A DNA stretch of 64,000 nt from Nitrosopumilus sp. GTDB lineage: Archaea; Thermoproteota; Nitrososphaeria; Nitrososphaerales; Nitrosopumilaceae. Below, piece by piece: positions 41,919 through 49,568 of this stretch. The notes below the pieces were generated by a model. It did no database searches, was not told where the DNA came from, and saw only the letters and a program-made list of their open reading frames with translations. The stretch lies in contig OZ241981.1 in NCBI GenBank assembly GCA_965204345.1, positions 1,974,536 through 2,038,535 of the forward strand. The letters are read 5' to 3'. Both the position numbers and the translations under genes were made by a program. How positions within the stretch are numbered: position 1 is the stretch's first letter; each line of letters begins with the position of its first letter.

Positions 41919-42236
41919 GGTTCTGTTGCGTTTATGGGGGATAGACATGAGAGATAAATTTGGAACATTGTTTAATCTTGGGGTGTCCTGATTTTCAAAC
42001 TGATGTTCATTTAGTGTAGTGAGATTGTTTCTCTGACATTGATCAAGGAACTAAGGAAACAACCACACCAAAGCAAATCTTGATGATTTTAAGATGAATA
42101 CGGTAAATGCAACGGACAATTCTGGTAAATTTCGATGATCTGATCACTGGAATTTATCAGTGCCATTTGTAGGTCTTGATTAAAACGTGTGCGATCAAAC
42201 AGATTCGTGTCTATCCCTCATGAATGCAACAGAACC
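41919..42236. mobile_element. 318-bp non-autonomous MITE-like element with 32-bp imperfect terminal inverted repeats (IS6-like ends)
   Basis: Left GGTTCTGTTGCGTTTATGGGGGATAGACATGA (41919-41950) vs right TCGTGTCTATCCCTCATGAATGCAACAGAACC (42205-42236): 28/32 complementary. Flanks TCATAAAG / TCATAACA (6/8, possible decayed 8-bp target duplication). No transposase ORF. Confidence 0.65.
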
Positions 42237-42278
42237 TCATAACAAAAAAGTAAATAAACAAGAAAATTTTAGAATCTG

Positions 42279-44969
42279 TTGTTTCTTGTTAGTGGGATAG
42301 CACTTGTTTTGTTGGTATTATGTGCGTTGCCATCAATTGTATTTGCCGAAAATCTTCATGATTTTTATGTTTTCGAGTCTGACAGTGAGAATAACTGTAC
42401 GTGGGATTCAGAGTCTAGTTTTTTGGACAAATCTCTGAATATGAATAGTGATGATGATGATGATGATAGCGATTTTACCTATAGTTATTTTTCCAGCAGT
42501 GATGCCACAGAAACAGCAGTTCTTGAGTGCCGTTTTTCCAAGCCTGTGGATCTGTCTACGGGCCAAGGATTACGATTTTGGATGAATCTTGAAAATGTGG
42601 CTGGAATAAATAAAAGTACTCATGAAGCATGGAGGGCTAATGCATTTTTGATCATGGTTGATGCAAATGATATACAGCGTCCTTTTTGGAATTTGCCACA
42701 GTGGTTTGGTTTAGAAGATGGCACTTGGGCAAAAGTTATTGTAGATCCCTCCAATTACGTTCAAAATAAACCTGGCTTTGATCCTGGCAATGTCAAGTCT
42801 CTTAGAATTACATTTGTAAACGGAGGGGACTCTTATTCCCAGACCACGCTCATTACAGATGCAGAGGTAGTGCCTGGATTATTTGATGTAGAATATCACG
42901 CACAGCTAGCACAGCGCCTGAACATTGCAAATGCAGAGGTAGTGCCTGAATTATTTGACAGCAAAATAGGTTCAGACAGGTCGAATTTTAAAAACGAGAT
43001 ACTGACATCCATGATTGTTTATTTGTCGTCTTCAGTTATTATGGGGTATTTTCTATTAAAAATTATCCGATACAAGCTGAATTTTGGATTTGTAATTAAT
43101 TTTTCCCTGTACTCTGCCTTTGGCTTGGTATTGCTGATTCTTTTGGCGATTTTTCTGGCAATGCTTCACTTTACACAGACTACTGTTCTGACAGCCTTCT
43201 TTTCGTTTATGATGGTTGGCTCTTACTTGATTTTCAGAGACAGAGCTAAAATTCTGTCTGAAATTAAAAATGAAAAAGTTCTTCCAAATCTGATTGCAGG
43301 CATACTCATAATTCTGTCACTGACTCACTTTTTTATAATTGCAGAAAATATGAACTGGCCGCCTGTTTTTGATCCGCAATACCATGGTCACGCTTCGCAA
43401 TTTATAATGTATCATACGAGTGTGTTTAACAATAATTGGCCATTTTTTGATTTGCCATATGGAATGACAGTTTATCCTCAGGGATTTCATGCTTTGACTG
43501 CATTTTTTTCTTTGATTACAAACGTCATGCTGCCAATATCCCAATATGCCGTCACAGTAACAATTGTTGCACTCTTGCCGCCCATCTGTTTTTCAATAAT
43601 ATACAAAAAAACCAAATCGTATTACTTGGCAAGCATTGCATTTGGAGCATTGTTTTTTATTCCAGGAAATGAAGTAGGTTATTTTGTAATTTCTCATGAT
43701 GTACTACTTACTATATTCTCTACAGGAACTTTTGTATTTGCTACATTTACTTGCATACTTTTGCTTTTTATCAGCATAGTTATTAATAATAAAAATAATT
43801 CTAATTTTATTATTTATTCGCTATTGTCAGTTGTAATATTTATCACATATACTATCATGATCGTTCCCTTTGTTTTGTTTATAATTATTAAATTAATACT
43901 CTTAAAATCCCCCATAAACTCCAAAACAAATGGACTGCGAGTCGGGAAATTTAAGATAAAAAACTATATGCTTATTTTACGATTGGCGTTAATTATTTTG
44001 GTAGTAACATCAGGCGCATCACTGGTTTATTTTGCAGATGAATTGCAGAAGAAACATAATCTTGATATCGACTATGCTTGGCTATTATTCGAAGAGATGG
44101 ACATATACAACATAGATTCTATATATTTTCCTTATTTTATTTTATTACTAGGGGGGGTTCTTTCTGCAATTTGGTTGTTTAAATCCAATCGAGAGTTTAG
44201 TTTATTTTTGATTGTAATGTTTTCCCTAGTGTTTGGAACAATATCAAATAAAGTAATTTTTGAAAATCTTTTCTGGTTTATGTATCCTGACAGACTTGTT
44301 TTACTAGGAGCTATCATCTCTCAAATAGGAATAATTTTAGCAGGGGTTGATATTTTTGATAAACTTGCAACTAGGTTTAACAAACGCGAAATTTCATTAC
44401 GTTCAAAATCAGTCTTGTCCATAGCGATTTGCTCGTTGGTTTTTATTGCACTAACTCCAAGTCTTGATACTCATATTTCATACGAGTATGACGATGATTT
44501 GCTAGGATATTTACCTACAAGCAATGAATTAAAAGTGATGGGTTGGATGAATGACAATCTTGATTCAAATACAACCATCCTTGAGGATAGAACTGGTGAA
44601 GGAATGTGGCTTTCATCAATAAAGATATTTGATATAACTAATAACAGAGAAATGTGGAGAAAAATACACAGTAGTGTTGTGTTAGATGATACATTTCTAA
44701 AAGAGAGAGCATATGAGGCTAACCTTGTATTACACCATCCCGGAGACATGAAAATGATGGAAATATTGGACAAGTATGGTATTGAATATGTGTTGATTAC
44801 TGGCGGTAATCCGAGAGACAGACAACAATCGGAGGTGTACCAGCTTCTACCAGTATTTCCAGCTCTTCACATAAGTACTTCTGAACGAATAGCCCTCTTT
44901 GAGGATAATCCTCAATTGCAATTAGTCATTAGAGAAGGTGAAGCTGCCTTATTCAAAGTGAAAACATAG
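42279..44969 (+). CDS. Putative CBM + GT-C membrane glycosyltransferase, copy R1 (896 aa, 24-aa longer linker)
   Basis: Carries VVPGLFD-VEYHAQLAQRLNIANAE-VVPELFD. Confidence 0.7.
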   Translation: MFLVSGIALVLLVLCALPSIVFAENLHDFYVFESDSENNCTWDSESSFLDKSLNMNSDDDDDDSDFTYSYFSSSDATETAVLECRFSKPVDLSTGQGLRFWMNLENVAGINKSTHEAWRANAFLIMVDANDIQRPFWNLPQWFGLEDGTWAKVIVDPSNYVQNKPGFDPGNVKSLRITFVNGGDSYSQTTLITDAEVVPGLFDVEYHAQLAQRLNIANAEVVPELFDSKIGSDRSNFKNEILTSMIVYLSSSVIMGYFLLKIIRYKLNFGFVINFSLYSAFGLVLLILLAIFLAMLHFTQTTVLTAFFSFMMVGSYLIFRDRAKILSEIKNEKVLPNLIAGILIILSLTHFFIIAENMNWPPVFDPQYHGHASQFIMYHTSVFNNNWPFFDLPYGMTVYPQGFHALTAFFSLITNVMLPISQYAVTVTIVALLPPICFSIIYKKTKSYYLASIAFGALFFIPGNEVGYFVISHDVLLTIFSTGTFVFATFTCILLLFISIVINNKNNSNFIIYSLLSVVIFITYTIMIVPFVLFIIIKLILLKSPINSKTNGLRVGKFKIKNYMLILRLALIILVVTSGASLVYFADELQKKHNLDIDYAWLLFEEMDIYNIDSIYFPYFILLLGGVLSAIWLFKSNREFSLFLIVMFSLVFGTISNKVIFENLFWFMYPDRLVLLGAIISQIGIILAGVDIFDKLATRFNKREISLRSKSVLSIAICSLVFIALTPSLDTHISYEYDDDLLGYLPTSNELKVMGWMNDNLDSNTTILEDRTGEGMWLSSIKIFDITNNREMWRKIHSSVVLDDTFLKERAYEANLVLHHPGDMKMMEILDKYGIEYVLITGGNPRDRQQSEVYQLLPVFPALHISTSERIALFEDNPQLQLVIREGEAALFKVKT
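42859..42958 (+). repeat. 28-bp direct repeat pair, 72-bp period, within R1
   Basis: ATGCAGAGGTAGTGCCTG[G/A]ATTATTTGA at 42859-42886 and 42931-42958. Confidence 0.92.
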
Positions 44970-45002
44970 ACAGCAGTACGCGCTGCCAATACAGAAGAAT
45001 TT

Positions 45003-45755
45003 TTATTTCTTGATTACTTTGAACAGTCCCAATGCCAATAAAATTGTCAGTATGCCAATGATTAAATTCCAGAGAAATGTGTTTTTTGGTTCTTGTATTT
45101 CAACGGTTCCCACAACCTGTACATTATTATCAAGACTATCCTGCGAAAGTATGGTGAAGTTTTTTATTCCAGAAGTTTGTGCTGGATGGACCAAAATGAC
45201 TGATTTGAATGGGGGAATCCCGCTGTCGGGATTTACGGATATTTCTTTGAAATCATTTTGATCATAAACAACGTCTAGTTGTATCATGGGAGTGGCAGCA
45301 GCAGAGGTGGAATCCAAAGAGATCGGGTTTATCTCAAGCAGAAACGGCGCATCTTGCTCGTTTGTAATAGCTCTTTTTTGAGGAATTAAATCCAATGCAA
45401 ACTCGTTTGAATTTTTCCCAAGCGATGTTTTTGACAGTGCAATATCATCCAAATGAAGACGGTCAGTTCCACTGGCAAGAAACGTTATTTTGGACGCAGT
45501 GCTACTTGCTTGAACAAACAGGGTTTCCTCTTGCCAACTCTCACCATTCCAGTTTATGATCCATTTTAACTGATCAGAGCCAAACAGGCCAAAGCGATTC
45601 TTGTCATATTCAAGAATTTTTAACTTTTCAAAATCACTGCCTCCTATCAGATTATCTTGAAGATTCGCATAACTGGGTTGAACAACAATAATGCTAATAA
45701 CAACGACAACAAACCAGACCATCACAAAACAAGACATTATTTTAGTATAGGCCAT
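45003..45755 (-). CDS. 250-aa exported anchored protein, copy 4 (VVYDQ allele)
   Basis: Protein identical to copy 1. Confidence 0.8.
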   Translation of the reverse strand: MAYTKIMSCFVMVWFVVVVISIIVVQPSYANLQDNLIGGSDFEKLKILEYDKNRFGLFGSDQLKWIINWNGESWQEETLFVQASSTASKITFLASGTDRLHLDDIALSKTSLGKNSNEFALDLIPQKRAITNEQDAPFLLEINPISLDSTSAAATPMIQLDVVYDQNDFKEISVNPDSGIPPFKSVILVHPAQTSGIKNFTILSQDSLDNNVQVVGTVEIQEPKNTFLWNLIIGILTILLALGLFKVIKK

Positions 45756-45959
45756 CTATCTCTCACCCTATCAGATCTCTTTTTTTGTTTTTTTATAAAT
45801 CATAACATATACGATGAGCAAAAATATTGCCTGCAAGATTGATGATGATATGACCCATGCTATTGACAATCAAAAATCTTCCACGTAATTTTTTATTAAA
45901 AAACAAAATTCCTAATCTTATAAAGAAAAGATAAATAAACAAGAAAATTTTAGAATCTG

Positions 45960-48578
45960 TTGTTTCTTGTTAGTGGGATAGCACTTGTTTTGTTGGTATT
46001 ATGTGCGTTGCCATCAATTGTATTTGCCGAAAATCTTCATGATTTTTATGTTTTCGAGTCTGACAGTGAGAATAACTGTACGTGGGATTCAGAGTCTAGT
46101 TTTTTGGACAAATCTCTGAATATGAATAGTGATGATGATGATGATGATAGCGATTTTACCTATAGTTATTTTTCCAGCAGTGATGCCACAGAAACAGCAG
46201 TTCTTGAGTGCCGTTTTTCCAAGCCTGTGGATCTGTCTACGGGCCAAGGATTACGATTTTGGATGAATCTTGAAAATGTGGCTGGAATAAATAAAAGTAC
46301 TCATGAAGCATGGAGGGCTAATGCATTTTTGATCATGGTTGATGCAAATGATATACAGCGTCCTTTTTGGAATTTGCCACAGTGGTTTGGTTTAGAAGAT
46401 GGCACTTGGGCAAAAGTTATTGTAGATCCCTCCAATTACGCTCTAAATAAACCTGGCTTTGATCCTGGCAATGTCAAGTCTCTTAGAATTACATTTGTAA
46501 ACGGAGGGGACTCTTATTCCCAGACCACGCTCATTACAGATGCAGAGGTAGTGCCTGAATTATTTGACAGCAAAATAGGTTCAGACAGGTCGAATTTTAA
46601 AAACGAGATACTGACATCCATGATTGTTTATTTGTCGTCTTCAGTTATTATGGGGTATTTTCTATTAAAAATTATCCGATACAAGCTGAATTTTGGATTT
46701 GTAATTAATTTTTCCCTGTACTCTGCCTTTGGCTTGGTATTGCTGATTCTTTTGGCGATTTTTCTGGCAATGCTTCACTTTACACAGACTACTGTTCTGA
46801 CAGCCTTCTTTTCGTTTATGATGGTTGGCTCTTACTTGATTTTCAGAGACAGAGCTAAAATTCTGTCTGAAATTAAAAATGAAAAAGTTCTTCCAAATCT
46901 GATTGCAGGCATACTCATAATTCTGTCACTGACTCACTTTTTTATAATTGCAGAAAATATGAACTGGCCGCCTGTTTTTGATCCGCAATACCATGGTCAC
47001 GCTTCGCAATTTATAATGTATCATACGAGTGTGTTTAACAATAATTGGCCATTTTTTGATTTGCCATATGGAATGACAGTTTATCCTCAGGGATTTCATG
47101 CTTTGACTGCATTTTTTTCTTTGATTACAAACGTCATGCTGCCAATATCCCAATATGCCGTCACAGTAACAATTGTTGCACTCTTGCCGCCCATCTGTTT
47201 TTCAATAATATACAAAAAAACCAAATCGTATTACTTGGCAAGCATTGCATTTGGAGCATTGTTTTTTATTCCAGGAAATGAATTAGGTTATTTTGTAATT
47301 TCTCATGATGTACTACTTACTATATTCTCTACAGGAACTTTTGTATTTGCTACATTTACTTGCATACTTTTGCTTTTTATCAGCATAGTTATTAATAATA
47401 AAAATAATTCTAATTTTATTATTTATTCGCTATTGTCAGTTGTAATATTTATCACATATACTATCATGATCGTTCCCTTTGTTTTGTTTATAATTATTAA
47501 ATTAATACTCTTAAAATCCCCCATAAACTCCAAAACAAATGGACTGCGAGTCGGGAAATTTAAGATAAAAAACTATATGCTTATTTTACGATTGGCGTTA
47601 ATTATTTTGGTAGTAACATCAGGCGCATCACTGGTTTATTTTGCAGATGAATTGCAGAAGAAACATAATCTTCCTATCGACTATTTTTGGCTATTATTCG
47701 AAGAGATGGACATATACAACATAGATTCTATATATTTTCCTTATTTTATTTTATTACTAGGGGGGGTTCTTTCTGCAATTTGGTTGTTTAAATCCAATCG
47801 AGAGTTTAGTTTATTTTTGATTGTAATGTTTTCCCTAGTGTTTGGAACAATATCAAATAAAGTAATTTTTGAAAATCTTTTCTGGTTTATGTATCCTGAC
47901 AGACTTGTTTTACTAGGAGCTATCATCTCTCAAATAGGAATAATTTTAGCAGGGGTTGATATTTTTGATAAACTTGCAACTAGGTTTAACAAACGCGAAA
48001 TTTCATTACGTTCAAAATCAGTCTTGTCCATAGCGATTTGCTCGTTGGTTTTTATTGCACTAATTCCAAGTCTTGATACTCATATTTCATACGAGTATGA
48101 CGATGGTTTGCTAGGATATTTACCTACAAGCAATGAATTAAAAGTGATGGGTTGGATGAATGACAATCTTGATTCAAATACAACCATCCTTCAGGATAGA
48201 ACTACTGAAGGAATGTGGCTTTCATCAATAAAGATATTTGATATAACTAATAACAGAGAAATGTGGAGAAAAATACACAGTAGTGTTGTGTTAGATGATA
48301 CATTTCTAAAAGAGAGAGCATATGAGGCTAACCTTGTATTACACCATCCCGGAGACATGAAAATGATGGAAATATTGGACAAGTATGGTATTGAATATGT
48401 GTTGATTACTGGCGGTTATACGCAAGACAGACACCCCTCTAGTGTGTACTATCTTCTACCAGTATTTCCAGCTCTTCACATAAGTACTTCTGAACGAATA
48501 GCCCTCTTTGAGGATAATCCTCAATTGCAATTAGTCATTAGAGAAGGTGAAGCTGCCTTATTCAAAGTGAAAACATAG
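45960..48578 (+). CDS. Putative CBM + GT-C membrane glycosyltransferase, copy R2
   Basis: 872 aa; shares the L2 variant haplotype except NYAL, PELF and SAIW. Confidence 0.7.
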   Translation: MFLVSGIALVLLVLCALPSIVFAENLHDFYVFESDSENNCTWDSESSFLDKSLNMNSDDDDDDSDFTYSYFSSSDATETAVLECRFSKPVDLSTGQGLRFWMNLENVAGINKSTHEAWRANAFLIMVDANDIQRPFWNLPQWFGLEDGTWAKVIVDPSNYALNKPGFDPGNVKSLRITFVNGGDSYSQTTLITDAEVVPELFDSKIGSDRSNFKNEILTSMIVYLSSSVIMGYFLLKIIRYKLNFGFVINFSLYSAFGLVLLILLAIFLAMLHFTQTTVLTAFFSFMMVGSYLIFRDRAKILSEIKNEKVLPNLIAGILIILSLTHFFIIAENMNWPPVFDPQYHGHASQFIMYHTSVFNNNWPFFDLPYGMTVYPQGFHALTAFFSLITNVMLPISQYAVTVTIVALLPPICFSIIYKKTKSYYLASIAFGALFFIPGNELGYFVISHDVLLTIFSTGTFVFATFTCILLLFISIVINNKNNSNFIIYSLLSVVIFITYTIMIVPFVLFIIIKLILLKSPINSKTNGLRVGKFKIKNYMLILRLALIILVVTSGASLVYFADELQKKHNLPIDYFWLLFEEMDIYNIDSIYFPYFILLLGGVLSAIWLFKSNREFSLFLIVMFSLVFGTISNKVIFENLFWFMYPDRLVLLGAIISQIGIILAGVDIFDKLATRFNKREISLRSKSVLSIAICSLVFIALIPSLDTHISYEYDDGLLGYLPTSNELKVMGWMNDNLDSNTTILQDRTTEGMWLSSIKIFDITNNREMWRKIHSSVVLDDTFLKERAYEANLVLHHPGDMKMMEILDKYGIEYVLITGGYTQDRHPSSVYYLLPVFPALHISTSERIALFEDNPQLQLVIREGEAALFKVKT

Positions 48579-48611
48579 ACAGCAGTACGCGCTGCCAATA
48601 CAGAAGAATTT

Positions 48612-49364
48612 TTATTTCTTGATTACTTTGAACAGTCCCAATGCCAATAAAATTGTCAGTATGCCAATGATTAAATTCCAGAGAAATGTGTTTTTTGGTT
48701 CTTGTATTTCAACGGTTCCCACAACCTGTACATTATTATCAAGACTATCCTGCGAAAGTATGGTGAAGTTTTTTATTCCAGAAGTTTGTGCTGGATGGAC
48801 CAAAATGACTGATTTGAATGGGGGAATCCCGCTGTCGGGATTTACGGATATTTCTTTGAAATCATTTTGCTCATAAACAACGTCTAGTTGTATCATGGGA
48901 GTGGCAGCAGCAGAGGTGGAATCCAAAGAGATCGGGTTTATCTCAAGCAGAAACGGCGCATCTTGCTCGTTTGTAATAGCTCTTTTTTGAGGAATTAAAT
49001 CCAATGCAAACTCGTTTGAATTTTTCCCAAGCGATGTTTTTGACAGTGCAATATCATCCAAATGAAGACGGTCAGTTCCACTGGCAAGAAACGTTATTTT
49101 GGACGCAGTGCTACTTGCTTGAACAAACAGGGTTTCCTCTTGCCAACTCTCACCATTCCAGTTTATGATCCATTTTAACTGATCAGAGCCAAACAGGCCA
49201 AAGCGATTCTTGTCATATTCAAGAATTTTTAACTTTTCAAAATCACTGCCTCCTATCAGATTATCTTGAAGATTCGCATAACTGGGTTGAACAACAATAA
49301 TGCTAATAACAACGACAACAAACCAGACCATCACAAAACAAGACATTATTTTAGTATAGGCCAT
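48612..49364 (-). CDS. 250-aa exported anchored protein, copy 5 (VVYEQ allele)
   Basis: Protein identical to copy 2. Confidence 0.8.
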   Translation of the reverse strand: MAYTKIMSCFVMVWFVVVVISIIVVQPSYANLQDNLIGGSDFEKLKILEYDKNRFGLFGSDQLKWIINWNGESWQEETLFVQASSTASKITFLASGTDRLHLDDIALSKTSLGKNSNEFALDLIPQKRAITNEQDAPFLLEINPISLDSTSAAATPMIQLDVVYEQNDFKEISVNPDSGIPPFKSVILVHPAQTSGIKNFTILSQDSLDNNVQVVGTVEIQEPKNTFLWNLIIGILTILLALGLFKVIKK

Positions 49365-49568
49365 CTATCTCTCACCCTATCAGATCTCTTTTTTTGTTTT
49401 TTTATAAATCATAACATATACGATGAGCAAAAATATTGCCTGCAAGATTGATGATGATATGACCCATGCTATTGACAATCAAAAATCTTCCACGTAATTT
49501 TTTATTAAAAAACAAAATTCCTAATCTTATAAAGAAAAGATAAATAAACAAGAAAATTTTAGAATCTG

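Noticed and set aside
41742-41957. 71-aa ORF in the central spacer
   Set aside because: Chimeric read-through from the decayed small gene into the element end; the same frame stops early in other units.
41890-42250. Site-specific invertase (shufflon-type) switch
   Set aside because: No recombinase or transposase gene in the window; one acting in trans cannot be excluded.
44151-44157. G7 tract (and the (GAT)6 tract) in the large gene as phase-variation switches
   Set aside because: All eight copies are in frame with the same tract lengths.
42279-44969. AglB/STT3 oligosaccharyltransferase call for the large protein
   Set aside because: No WWDYG motif; only general GT-C-like features.
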